Shown here: piece by piece, positions 6,871-16,199 of the stretch
Numbering within the stretch: the stretch's first letter is position 1
How the letters are laid out: every line of letters starts with the position of its first letter
Source: an uncultured virus (IMG/VR IMGVR_UViG_2684623068_000003)
Lineage: Duplodnaviria > Heunggongvirae > Uroviricota > Caudoviricetes
Direction: 5' to 3' (one strand)
Length of the DNA stretch: 20,000 nucleotides
IMG/VR virus record: IMGVR_UViG_2684623068_000003
The notes under the pieces: model-generated
Databases searched by the model: none
What the model was told of the DNA's origin: nothing
What the model saw: the letters and a program-made list of their open reading frames with translations, nothing else
Position numbers and translations under genes: made by a program

Positions 6871-7716
6871 TTAACAGTTGGTGAGGTGGATTTCTTCGCC
6901 GTTGCCACCATTGGCCGCTGGACGGCGTGACTGTCCAAAGTGCTCGGTGTTACCGAGCTGACCTTTCAGCGCTGATAATGCCTGTACGCTGTTTTCTGCG
7001 GTTTCCTGCGCGGTTTTCAGGTCATTTTCTAACGTGGTTAAACGCTGCTCGACGTCGTCCTGATAGCTTTGCACCTGCTCAGAAACGACCGAGACCGCCT
7101 CATGCACATCGTTAAAACGTGCGTCATCGTTGGCTTGCTTGCGGCTAAAAATGCGGGTGACTTTGTCAGTCAGTGTGGTGAGAAGCGTGTCGGGAACGTC
7201 CTGAAATTCCAGCGTGACCAGTGTCGCCACAGAAAACAGATCGTCCGGCTGTTCTTTTTTACCGGCGAACGGGTTCACTTTGGCCTTAGCGCTGAATTCC
7301 AGCATCTCAGTCCCGAGGCTGGCGGGGTCATCGGTGACCGCAAGGCCAACCAGATAGGCTTTGCCCGTATTGGCAAAGTTCGGGCGAATTTCCATGGAGG
7401 TGTAAATCTTTTGCCCCGCTTTCACCATGGAGACCAAATCCTCGAGCGGAGCCATCTTGGCATAGAGTGCCAGCTTGCCGTTTAGGATAGAGTCATCCTC
7501 AATGGCTTCGGCCTTAAGCTCGACTACGTCACCAAGGCGCTTAAAATCGCCTGTTGGTAACACGCCTTTGATGTGTTCGAGATTGATGCGACAGCCACGC
7601 ACTCGGGGGTCAAAGCTGTCGGCCATTTGCTGAATGTCAGTTGCTTCGATACTACGGCCATCGCAGGTGTCACCCTCGACGCCGATGCGAAACCAGTTAG
7701 ATACTTTCTTTGCCAT
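6871..7716 (-). CDS. O: Capsid scaffolding protein/protease gpO
   Basis: 281 aa; WFRIGVEGDTCDGR, RINLEH, KIYTSMEI, YLVGLAVTDDPASLGTE; ends LTNC. Confidence 0.96.
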   Translation of the reverse strand: MAKKVSNWFRIGVEGDTCDGRSIEATDIQQMADSFDPRVRGCRINLEHIKGVLPTGDFKRLGDVVELKAEAIEDDSILNGKLALYAKMAPLEDLVSMVKAGQKIYTSMEIRPNFANTGKAYLVGLAVTDDPASLGTEMLEFSAKAKVNPFAGKKEQPDDLFSVATLVTLEFQDVPDTLLTTLTDKVTRIFSRKQANDDARFNDVHEAVSVVSEQVQSYQDDVEQRLTTLENDLKTAQETAENSVQALSALKGQLGNTEHFGQSRRPAANGGNGEEIHLTNC

Positions 7717-7883
7717 TGTTCAGGTGTCCTGAGTGGTGTTTAGGTTCGGGGCTAGTTTCCCCACCCAGCACTGACACCGCCATCAATCCCCGTCTGACAA
7801 TCGCCTACACAACAGCCCTGTAAGGCGCGCCCTGTCTGCCTTGCGTAGCCTTGCCCTCGTTATCTATGCGAGAGGCAATATCG
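7717..7883. promoter_or_regulatory. Divergent late promoter region (pO/pP) with candidate Ogr-family activator site
   Basis: Intergenic region between divergent O and P; imperfect dyad CGTCTGACAATCGCCTACACAAC (~7791-7813) resembles TGT-N12/13-ACA sites. Assigned mainly by position. Confidence 0.5.
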
Positions 7884-9656
7884 ATGATTACCACGGACAC
7901 ATCACTCCTTCATGACCCGAGGCGACAGGCGGCCTTGCTCTACTGGCAAGGTTTTTCACCCCGTCAGATCGCCGAAACGCTCGGTCAGAAAATCCCGACC
8001 GTCAACAGTTGGAAACGCCGCGATAAATGGGACGACATTCACCCGATTTCCCGCGTGGAAACCAGTATCGAATCCCGCTTAATTCAACTGATAGCTAAGC
8101 CTAAAAAGGATGGGGGCGACTACAAAGAGATTGACCTGCTAGGCCGCCAGATTGAGCGCCTAGCGCGCGTGAATCGCTATAGCCAAACCGGCAACGAGGC
8201 CGACTTAAATCCGAACGTGCGCAACCGCAATAAGGGCGAGCGTAAAGCACCGAAAAAGAACTATTTCAGCGACGAGGCCATCGAGAAACTCAAGTCGATT
8301 TTTTTCGAACAATCTTTCGGCTACCAGCTCGGCTGGCATGAGGCCGGGCTTAAATACCGTATTCGCGACATTCTCAAATCGCGCCAGATTGGCGCTACGT
8401 TTTACTTTTCGCGTGAGTCGCTACTGCGTGCGCTCGATACCGGCCACAACCAGATTTTTCTCTCGGCCAGTAAGACTCAGGCTTATGTGTTCCGTGAATA
8501 CATCATCCAGTTTGCGCGCATGGTGGATGTGGAGCTCACCGGCGATCCGATTGTGCTCGGCAATAACGGCGCAAAGCTGATTTTTCTTGGCACCAACTCC
8601 AACACAGCGCAGAGCCATAATGGCGACCTATTGGTCGATGAGATTTTCTGGATCCCCAATTTCCAGAAACTGCGAAAAGTGGCGTCAGGTATGGCCTCGC
8701 AAAAACATCTGCGTACCACCTATTTCTCGACGCCGTCCACACTGGCACATGGCGCGTATCCGTTCTGGTCGGGTGAACTATTTAACAAAGGGCGCAGCAG
8801 CGCCGACGACCGTGTCGATATTGATATCAGCCACGGCGCACTGGCGAAAGGCGCGCTGTGTGCCGACGGACAATGGCGGCAGATTGTCACCATCGAGGAT
8901 GCGCTCGCCGGTGGCTGCGACCTATTCGATCTCGATACGTTAAAACGGGAAAACAGCGCCGAGGATTTCCGCAACCTGTTTATGTGTGAGTTTGTCGACG
9001 ATAAGGCCTCGGTGTTCCCTTTCGAGGAGCTGCAAGCCTGTATGGTCGATTCGAGGCTGGAGTGGGAAGACTTTATCCAGATTGACCAACACCCTCGACC
9101 GTTTGGTTATCGTCCTGTGTGGATTGGTTATGACCCGTCGAACACCGGCGACAGCGCGGGCTGTGTGGTGATGGCACCTCCCGCCGTTCCGGGCGGTAAG
9201 TTCCGTATTCTGGAGCGCTACCAGTGGAAAGGCATGGACTTTGCCACACAGGCCGAATCCATCAAGGCACTAACTGAAAAATACGTCGTGGAATATATCG
9301 GCATTGACGCCACCGGCATCGGGCAAGGCGTTTACCAACTGGTGCGCAACTTCTTCCCAGCGGTGCGAGAAATTCGCTATAGCGCCGAGGTGAAAACCAA
9401 CATGGTGCTAAAAGCAAAAGACCTCATCACTACTGGGCGATTGGAGTACGACATCGCCTACACCGATATCACGCTCTCGTTTATGGCCATACGTAAAACC
9501 ATGACGGCCAGCGGGCGCGGCATGACCTACGTCGCCAGCCGTAGCGAGGAAGTCAGCCACGCTGATATCGCATGGGCGGCCATGCACGCCATGATTAACG
9601 AACCGCTCACCGCCGGTAACGGCAACGTCACCCCTTCAATTTTGGAATTTAACTAA
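7884..9656 (+). CDS. P: Terminase ATPase (large) subunit gpP
   Basis: Start MITTDTSLLHDPRRQAALLYWQG at ATG 7884 with GAGG RBS; ILKSRQIGATFYF Walker A-like, LLVDEIFW Walker B, IGYDPS and HADIAWA nuclease-domain motifs. Confidence 0.97.
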   Translation: MITTDTSLLHDPRRQAALLYWQGFSPRQIAETLGQKIPTVNSWKRRDKWDDIHPISRVETSIESRLIQLIAKPKKDGGDYKEIDLLGRQIERLARVNRYSQTGNEADLNPNVRNRNKGERKAPKKNYFSDEAIEKLKSIFFEQSFGYQLGWHEAGLKYRIRDILKSRQIGATFYFSRESLLRALDTGHNQIFLSASKTQAYVFREYIIQFARMVDVELTGDPIVLGNNGAKLIFLGTNSNTAQSHNGDLLVDEIFWIPNFQKLRKVASGMASQKHLRTTYFSTPSTLAHGAYPFWSGELFNKGRSSADDRVDIDISHGALAKGALCADGQWRQIVTIEDALAGGCDLFDLDTLKRENSAEDFRNLFMCEFVDDKASVFPFEELQACMVDSRLEWEDFIQIDQHPRPFGYRPVWIGYDPSNTGDSAGCVVMAPPAVPGGKFRILERYQWKGMDFATQAESIKALTEKYVVEYIGIDATGIGQGVYQLVRNFFPAVREIRYSAEVKTNMVLKAKDLITTGRLEYDIAYTDITLSFMAIRKTMTASGRGMTYVASRSEEVSHADIAWAAMHAMINEPLTAGNGNVTPSILEFN

Positions 9657-10678
9657 TGAGCAAACGTAAAGGCCACCGCGCCAAAAAAATGACCGCGCAG
9701 TCTGACGCCTCAGTGCAGGCGTTTACCTTCGGTGAGCCTTCGGCGGTGTTAGACCGTCGCGACATTCTCGATTACGCCGAGTGCATCAATAACGGCAAAT
9801 GGATCGAGCCGCCGGTGAGATTTGCGGGACTGGCGAAAAGCCTGCGCGCCGCCGTCCACCACAGCTCGCCAATTTATGTAAAGCGCAACATTCTCGCCAG
9901 CACCTTTATCCCGCACCCGTTACTGAGTCAGCAGGAGTTTAGCCGCTACGTGCTCGACTATCTGGTCTTCGGAAATGCTTTTTTAGAAAAGCGTTTTAAT
10001 CAGCTTGGTGAGGTCATGCGACTGGAGTGCTCACCGGCGAAATATACCCGCCGAGGTGTTGAGGAGGATGTTTATTGGTTCGTGCAGTCATTCAAAGAGC
10101 CGCACCGCTTCGCGCCGCGTTCGGTGTTCCATTTGATTGAGCCAGATATTAATCAGGAGCTGTACGGCTTGCCGGAATATATGAGCTCGCTCAACTCGGC
10201 GTGGCTGAATGAATCCGCTACCCTATTCCGCCGCAAGTATTACCAGAACGGCGCGCACGCTGGCTACATCATGTACGTGACCGACGCCGCACAGAGTAAT
10301 ACCGACGTTGAGGCACTGCGTGAGGCGATGCGCAGCTCGAAAGGACTGGGTAATTTTAAAAACCTGTTTTTCTACGCGCCGAACGGTAAACCGGATGGGA
10401 TCAAGATTGTGCCGCTCAGCGAGGTAGCGACCAAGGATGATTTCTTTAACATCAAGAACGCGACCCGCGATGACTTGCTCAGCGCTCACCGCGTGCCACC
10501 CCAGATGATGGGCGTCGTACCCAATAACACCGGCGGCTTTGGTGACGTCGTCAAAGCGGCTCAGGTTTTTGTACGCAACGAGCTAACGCCCTTACAGGAG
10601 CGCATCAAAGAGGTGAATGACTTTCTCGGTCAGGAAGTGGTTCGCTTTAAGCCTTACGAGCTACCGAAAAACAAGTAA
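9656..10678 (+). CDS. Q: Portal protein gpQ
   Basis: 340 aa; AFTFGEP, AAVHHSSPIYVKRN, DINQELYGLPEY, ATLFRRKYYQNGAHAG, AHRVPPQMMG. Confidence 0.97.
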   Translation: MSKRKGHRAKKMTAQSDASVQAFTFGEPSAVLDRRDILDYAECINNGKWIEPPVRFAGLAKSLRAAVHHSSPIYVKRNILASTFIPHPLLSQQEFSRYVLDYLVFGNAFLEKRFNQLGEVMRLECSPAKYTRRGVEEDVYWFVQSFKEPHRFAPRSVFHLIEPDINQELYGLPEYMSSLNSAWLNESATLFRRKYYQNGAHAGYIMYVTDAAQSNTDVEALREAMRSSKGLGNFKNLFFYAPNGKPDGIKIVPLSEVATKDDFFNIKNATRDDLLSAHRVPPQMMGVVPNNTGGFGDVVKAAQVFVRNELTPLQERIKEVNDFLGQEVVRFKPYELPKNK

Positions 10679-10696
10679 CGAACAGACAACCACAAC

Positions 10697-10719
10697 AGCC
10701 GCCGCCGGGCGGCTTTTTT
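10697..10719 (+). terminator. Rho-independent terminator of the PQ operon
   Basis: AGCCGCC-GCCG-GGCGGCT stem-loop followed by TTTTT, 19 bp after the Q stop. Confidence 0.85.
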
Positions 10720-10731
10720 GTATCCCTCACC

Positions 10732-10761
10732 AGCGCCCACAGGAGCGCCCACAGGAGCGCC
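10732..10761 (+). repeat. 12-bp tandem repeat (AGCGCCCACAGG x2.5)
   Basis: AGCGCCCACAGG AGCGCCCACAGG AGCGCC read directly from the sequence. Confidence 0.85.
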
Positions 10762-10871
10762 AGCACCGCGAGGACGCAGAAAGACGCATCAACATCCAAA
10801 CCGACACCCCAAACAGCACCACGACGCCCTCAGACGATCATAGATAACTGTATTAACACCCTCAGCGCGCA

Positions 10872-10890
10872 ATGCTATCCCCGCCTCGCC
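10872..10890 (-). other. cos site (19-nt cohesive end)
   Basis: Minus strand GGCGAGGCGGGGATAGCAT matches the recalled P2 cos GGCGAGGCGGGGAAAGCAC at 17/19; expected position downstream of Q. Confidence 0.9.
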
Positions 10891-11134
10891 TGCCCGCTTT
10901 AGGGGGTGGTTTTTATGCACTTGCATGAGCCCGCCCAAGCTGCGCCAGCGCTGGCGCAAAGCGATAAAAAAAAAGTTAAAGTTGCATGCATTTAAATGCA
11001 AGCTCATGCAATGCATACTAACTTTCTATAGACATATTTAAATTAATTTATTTCAGAAACCTATACATTAATTTATCGTAATATGTACATTTATATATTT
11101 TTGCTTTTCAAATCTACTAAAAACCCATGTTTTA

Positions 11135-12868
11135 TTATGGGAATATTGGAATTACAGAAAAATTCACAATACGCGTAGTTGTATTAATCCCCTGATATAC
11201 AGTGGTTTGTGTAATCTGGTTGGATACCTCATCATATTTCATTGTATCAGTGAGACATGCTAAAGCCACCTCTGGATTTTTTTTGTACAAAATTGCATAT
11301 CTTTTATTCATCCATGCCAGCACACAACGATGTAACGCATTTGTTCCTTCTTCAATATTTTTTGGATGTAGTTTTAACCCAAGCACATTCAGAATAAAAC
11401 TTAAAAACCTTGCCCCCTTATAATTTGGAAACCTTTCCATTTCAATTACTTCCTCATATAATAGCCGACGTAATTTATGTTTTATAATTTCACTAGGTTT
11501 ACCATGTATACTAGAAGTTTGGAAAAAACCGTCTAAGACAGTATTATGCTGAATTGACCAACAGTCCCAGATAGGACTTTTTACAGCTGATGCATAATAT
11601 ATTACATCTAGCATATTCTTTGCTACAGCATCATATATTGAGTGATATCTATATCTCCCCACCCCCTTTACCTTATTTCTCAAGACAAAATTAGAAGGTT
11701 TTTTAACATTACTTATCTCACACGAAACTTCATTTAAAAAATTGACACAAACATCCAATCGTCGAACTGGTTCAGAATCCCAACTACCAAGCATGCCATT
11801 TACTTTATAAATCCCACTACTTTCATCAGTAATATAACCCAAAGCTCTATTTATCATTGTAGGGCTCTGACAAATAACGCCTTGCAAATAAGATTTAATT
11901 GTAAGAAGAAAAGCGTTGCAGAAAACATCAAATTGTTTAACAGACCAATGCTTTCGAATTTCGCTGTCAATATCGAAAACTATAGATAAATTTTCAACAA
12001 GAACATAATTTTTGAACAAAGCAGTACTTAAAGGTTTTACATATCCTATAAATCCAGAATCATAATAATTAGACTCATGATACAAAAATGAGTCTGTATT
12101 TAATATTGCTTCTGTGAAAAAATTTTTTGCAAAAATATCAACATTAATTCGATATTTTTTGCAATTATCCATTTCAGTAAAGAGTAGTATGGAAAGTGGA
12201 AGTGCCGACTCAGCCACAGCTTTGCAAAAACGCTTATCAGATATAAGCACAAGGATTTCATTTGCAACTAACTCAACTAAAGGCGTTTTCTTTACACTTT
12301 CCCCTCCATCTTTCTCAGAACCATTTGTTGCATACTTAACAAGGTTTGGGATAGACCTTGTAATCTCATCGGCTATAACAATCAAATCATTTTTATACCC
12401 ACGAACAATATAGCCATACAATACATTCCCATACTTTTTAGCCGTCCAGCGTGAAAAAACAGATGGCCTAATAAAAGCAAAAAAAACCCATACAAGGAAT
12501 ATGAGAAAAAACACGCCAGCTAAAAGCGCTTGCCAACCAGCTTGACTAATTAAGCTACCTTTCAAAACTGGCCAGCCTTGCGCTCGCCATAGGTCAGTTA
12601 ATAATGATAATACTCCGACTAGCGTAACCGTGTAGAAAGTAATTTTTTCAAGAGCTAGAGGTGCAGTTTTAATTCGAAATCGATATCGAGTATCTGCTAT
12701 TGTCCATGCTAGTATCATTAATGCCAAGCCAGCAAGAAACTCTGAAAAACCGAAGATTTTTGGACCATTCTGGTTGAGGTTGACAAAGCATAAAAGCTCA
12801 GTGCAATTTTTAGTCATGATAATAAGCTTATTATAAGAAATGTATACCATAGTATCTAATTTTAACAT
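11135..12868 (-). CDS. Hypothetical AT-rich membrane protein (about three N-terminal TM helices plus ~440-aa soluble region) in the A-cos cargo hotspot
   Basis: Uninterrupted 577-aa ORF (alternative starts at 12850 and 12817); hydrophobic segments IFGFSEFLAGLALMILAWTIA, ITFYTVTLVGVLSLLTDLW and WQALLAGVFFLIFLVWVFFAFI; abrupt AT-rich composition. Confidence 0.85.
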   Translation of the reverse strand: MLKLDTMVYISYNKLIIMTKNCTELLCFVNLNQNGPKIFGFSEFLAGLALMILAWTIADTRYRFRIKTAPLALEKITFYTVTLVGVLSLLTDLWRAQGWPVLKGSLISQAGWQALLAGVFFLIFLVWVFFAFIRPSVFSRWTAKKYGNVLYGYIVRGYKNDLIVIADEITRSIPNLVKYATNGSEKDGGESVKKTPLVELVANEILVLISDKRFCKAVAESALPLSILLFTEMDNCKKYRINVDIFAKNFFTEAILNTDSFLYHESNYYDSGFIGYVKPLSTALFKNYVLVENLSIVFDIDSEIRKHWSVKQFDVFCNAFLLTIKSYLQGVICQSPTMINRALGYITDESSGIYKVNGMLGSWDSEPVRRLDVCVNFLNEVSCEISNVKKPSNFVLRNKVKGVGRYRYHSIYDAVAKNMLDVIYYASAVKSPIWDCWSIQHNTVLDGFFQTSSIHGKPSEIIKHKLRRLLYEEVIEMERFPNYKGARFLSFILNVLGLKLHPKNIEEGTNALHRCVLAWMNKRYAILYKKNPEVALACLTDTMKYDEVSNQITQTTVYQGINTTTRIVNFSVIPIFP

Positions 12869-13019
12869 TTTTGGCTAATCCATTAACCAACTAAAACACT
12901 GTTCTTCACCCATATAAAAATCACCACTTGCAGTTTTAATTGTACTTACAGTGCTCACTGCATCTCGTCTTTAGTGATTTTTAATGTCTGCAAATTAGAA
13001 CATTATGAACTTCATATTA

Positions 13020-15290
13020 TTATGGATACCATTCATCTAAGCTCGGATATGAGAATACTATTCCATCATAAACTAGTGATGCCCCCCGAGCTAACGCTTC
13101 AAGCTCCCAGCGCTGCGCAGTAATACCTTCTTTAGCTAAAGATCGGCTTATTTTCCACGTTCGCTCCCGTTCGCAGTGGGTCAGTCGCGCCGACGGCGCT
13201 AAATCACGCGGTTTATTCGGTTCTGCACTACGTTGATGCCGATTCACTCTTCCCAACTGTGCCTTTGCTGAGTCTCTAATCACCTTGGCAGCGTCGGGGT
13301 CGTTCCAGCTAACATCGCCGCTTTCTATAAGTTTCATCACCGCTGAGGCGTATTCAGACGGTGTAACCGGTGGTGTTATATCAACACTATGATGCCCTTC
13401 CCCACAGTTATTGACAGGACTCCGAGGCGCGCCAGAGGCGCTTTTTAAAGTCAAAGGATCAAGGTCAACGGCCTTGCTGACGATGCGCCATTGAGTCTCG
13501 CGAGTTTTGTGGATGTGGCTTTCACCAAGATGCGGCGCAAAGATGCCGACAACCTTCGGGACTTCTTCGTCGTATTCGTTGAGCTCGTCGGCTATCTCGC
13601 GAGCGACACGAACGGTCTGTAAATCTCTTGCTACATTTGCACCGCCCTGCGCCTCGATATAGGCCGCAAAGTCACCACCGTCGGCAGCTGCTCGCACAGC
13701 CTCGACGCTTTCATCAAAACTATCGGCGATACTGATACCCCGTAGGCTTTGGCGGCGACACTCACGGTATGCGCCCATTGTAGGAATACCAATCGGGTGA
13801 AATTGTGGAATACGCCAGATAGACGCCCATGCTGTAACGGCGGCGGCGGTCTGAGATAAGGGCTTGCCGGTGTCATGGTCTATTTCGCCGTCAAGCGCAT
13901 AACCATCGATATTTTTAGAAACGTATTTAGCGATGTAGGCTACCGCGCCGCCTTTGTTCAGGTGCTTACACTCAAAGCGCTGCTTACGAGCTCCGCGTTC
14001 GTCACCGTCTTCTTTTAACGCGTAACGTTGCATAATCTCGACAATAGCCGCGCGTTGTTTGCGGTCGCAAAACAGCACCATATGCCAGTGAGGTGTCCCG
14101 TCGTGGTGAGGCTCAACCACACGAATCCCATAGACGTTTAGATCGCGGTCTTTGAATGCGGTGCGCATCTTGCTCCAGATTCTGACTAGATAACGCTGGC
14201 CATCTTTCGGGGAAAAGGCTTCTCCATCCCACTTGTGGTTAAGCTGGCATTGTTTGTCACGCTTGTTTTTTACCTTGCGGGTCGGGTGATATTTCGAGGG
14301 CGTGGTGATGGTGACAAACATACCGATGTGATTTTTTTCAACGGCATATTTTCCGATACCGTAAATAGTGCTCATCAGCTCCATGCGGCGAATCTCAGGG
14401 TTAGAGATACTCGCCATGACTTTATCGATCAGGTCGATTCGTTCGCCGGTTTCGACGTTCTCAAGGTCGCACCCTTTGAGGTATTCCATATTAGCCGCAC
14501 GACGGGCGCGAACATCACTGATCGCTTGCTTACTGGCATAAGATGAGCGTTTGAAATTGACTTCACCGGCGGCGATAAGCAGTGCCTCACGCCACTGGGT
14601 GCGCTGCGCTTTGAGCTTACGTATCCACCATTCATCATTGATGAGGCGCAGGATGCTGCGGAATGCGCCACGCATATCTAGCTTTCCCTTACGGAAACGT
14701 TGCCAGTGCATTGGTGTGATATTAAAAGCGCGTGCTGCGCCAGCTACATGAGCATAGAGATCGACTTGAGCCTCATCGGTAAAAAGCGCCTCTTGATCAT
14801 GACATTCGAGAAATGCGTCGCTCAGCTCCTCATAAGCTGAATACAACTGAGCCGCAATGCGACCGGCTAGCCGCTTTAACTCTTTATCGTGCATATCAGG
14901 CAAGCCGCGATAAATCTCTAGCTCACTCAAAAATCGCAGTGAGGCTTTGACGTCCATATCGAATTTAGTGTTAACAAACTCGAGTCTCGGGTGGATACGC
15001 GGCAAATAAATTTTGTATAGAAAGCGGTGCGCGGCCAGTATCCCTTGTGTGTTTAACAGGTAGTTATGGCGCTTAATGAAAATCTTGCTGAGGAAATACG
15101 GCATTGAGTCAATTTTGCGTAAGGCGTCTTGCCCCTGAAGGTATTCTTCACGGGTAAGAGGTCTCTCTTTGCCAATAGCTTCGCGTGGTGCATTCCAGCT
15201 ATACGCGCCCACAAACGGCGCTCGAGGTTCAGCGTTAAAGGCTGGCGGTGGCGTGGGGGCAATTCGCCCCCTATTGGTGAACGAGCTCAA
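13020..15290 (-). CDS. A: Rolling-circle replication initiator gpA (HUH endonuclease)
   Basis: 756 aa, TTG start; SNPEIRRMELM, FVTITTPSKYH, RVVEPHHDGTPHWHM (HUH), AYIAKYVSKNIDG (two catalytic Tyr), AWASIWRIPQF. Confidence 0.96.
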   Translation of the reverse strand: MSSFTNRGRIAPTPPPAFNAEPRAPFVGAYSWNAPREAIGKERPLTREEYLQGQDALRKIDSMPYFLSKIFIKRHNYLLNTQGILAAHRFLYKIYLPRIHPRLEFVNTKFDMDVKASLRFLSELEIYRGLPDMHDKELKRLAGRIAAQLYSAYEELSDAFLECHDQEALFTDEAQVDLYAHVAGAARAFNITPMHWQRFRKGKLDMRGAFRSILRLINDEWWIRKLKAQRTQWREALLIAAGEVNFKRSSYASKQAISDVRARRAANMEYLKGCDLENVETGERIDLIDKVMASISNPEIRRMELMSTIYGIGKYAVEKNHIGMFVTITTPSKYHPTRKVKNKRDKQCQLNHKWDGEAFSPKDGQRYLVRIWSKMRTAFKDRDLNVYGIRVVEPHHDGTPHWHMVLFCDRKQRAAIVEIMQRYALKEDGDERGARKQRFECKHLNKGGAVAYIAKYVSKNIDGYALDGEIDHDTGKPLSQTAAAVTAWASIWRIPQFHPIGIPTMGAYRECRRQSLRGISIADSFDESVEAVRAAADGGDFAAYIEAQGGANVARDLQTVRVAREIADELNEYDEEVPKVVGIFAPHLGESHIHKTRETQWRIVSKAVDLDPLTLKSASGAPRSPVNNCGEGHHSVDITPPVTPSEYASAVMKLIESGDVSWNDPDAAKVIRDSAKAQLGRVNRHQRSAEPNKPRDLAPSARLTHCERERTWKISRSLAKEGITAQRWELEALARGASLVYDGIVFSYPSLDEWYP
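13411..13430 (-). other. Replication origin (gpA nick site) within gene A
   Basis: Minus strand GCGCCTCGGAGTCCTGTCAA, identical to the recalled P2 ori, in the 3' part of A. Confidence 0.92.
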
Positions 15291-15291
15291 T

Positions 15292-15573
15292 TTACTGAGC
15301 CTTTAGGTGATGTTTGGAAAACGCTTCCTGACAAAGCTTTCCAATACTGCCAATCTCAGCCGCAAGCCCTGCGATGCTGGTCACGGTCGAGTTACGGACG
15401 TGGAGATTAATAAGCTCTGTAACCAGTTGGTTTATGCTTGAGTAGTACCGGATAGGGTCGAGCCATTCCTCCCCCGCTTTAGCACCTTTTTGTGCAACCT
15501 TTTTTTTATTAAGAATGTATTGAAAGGAGTCGGATGTAATAACAAATTCGTTGCCAATAGGGATACGGATCAT
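15292..15573 (-). CDS. P2 Orf83-like protein (DUF5405-like)
   Basis: ATG 15573 with GAGG RBS; IRIPIGNEFVITSDSFQYILNKKK...GEEWLD..YY motif; immediately upstream of A. Confidence 0.75.
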   Translation of the reverse strand: MIRIPIGNEFVITSDSFQYILNKKKVAQKGAKAGEEWLDPIRYYSSINQLVTELINLHVRNSTVTSIAGLAAEIGSIGKLCQEAFSKHHLKAQ

Positions 15574-15592
15574 GATTAACCTCAATAGTGAT

Positions 15593-15883
15593 TTAGTTGT
15601 CGAGCTGAAATAACGCTTGTTGGCTTAGTTCATTAAAGTGATGGCTTTCGCGCATAAGCTCGGATGGTGTGGTGATTGTTTTTAAATAAATGCCACGTTT
15701 AACACACAGATTTGTAATGTCTGCGATTAGAGCTAATTTATTGGAATATACGGCGCGGACAGGGTAATTATTTACCTTAGTTTCTTTATCTATTCTGATA
15801 TCAGCAAGAATAAATGAGCTAGCGTCACACTTAGCGACGGCAAACCAATTATTAATAAATACCCAGCTAAATGTTTTAGCCAT
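15593..15883 (-). CDS. P2 Orf81-position early protein
   Basis: 96-aa ORF translationally coupled to the upstream gene (TAATG overlap); syntenic position. Confidence 0.65.
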   Translation of the reverse strand: MAKTFSWVFINNWFAVAKCDASSFILADIRIDKETKVNNYPVRAVYSNKLALIADITNLCVKRGIYLKTITTPSELMRESHHFNELSQQALFQLDN

Positions 15884-16131
15884 TAGTAAAAACCTCGATG
15901 ACTTAAACCTTCGTTATGCAGCTTGATAGATTCCTGCGTCATAAGCTCGACCAGCTCAGCTTTCGATAGCCCTTCTTTTTGAGCGTGTACGAGAATCTCA
16001 TCGAGTCGAGCGGAAAGCATAACAGCGGCGGCAGCCTTACCCTCATTACGAGCATTATTTAATAGTAGTTCTTGCACTTCCGCTTCGGCTTTTCGGTGCA
16101 TCTCTTGGCCGACTGTTTTATACATATGCAT
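15883..16131 (-). CDS. P2 Orf80-like protein (DUF2732-like)
   Basis: 82 aa; LLNNARNEGK...SARLDEILVH...LSKAELVELMTQES pattern; GAGG RBS; follows B. Confidence 0.72.
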   Translation of the reverse strand: MHMYKTVGQEMHRKAEAEVQELLLNNARNEGKAAAAVMLSARLDEILVHAQKEGLSKAELVELMTQESIKLHNEGLSHRGFY

Positions 16132-16199
16132 AATTAACCTCAGATAATAGAAAGCCCGACGTAATAAAACGCCTATTAAATAATTTCGTATTTATTTAA

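Noticed and set aside
4385..9171. Many 60-140 aa antisense or out-of-frame ORFs within the head and terminase genes
   Set aside because: Shadow ORFs expected in GC-rich coding DNA; no independent support.
10617..11016. ORFs 10617..10847 (+) and 10789..11016 (-)
   Set aside because: They run through the Q terminator, tandem repeat and cos; no RBS and unnatural composition.
11202..12413. Plus-strand ORFs (73 and 99 aa) inside the 577-aa cargo gene as a second component
   Set aside because: Fully antisense to the long ORF with no translation signals; likely shadows.
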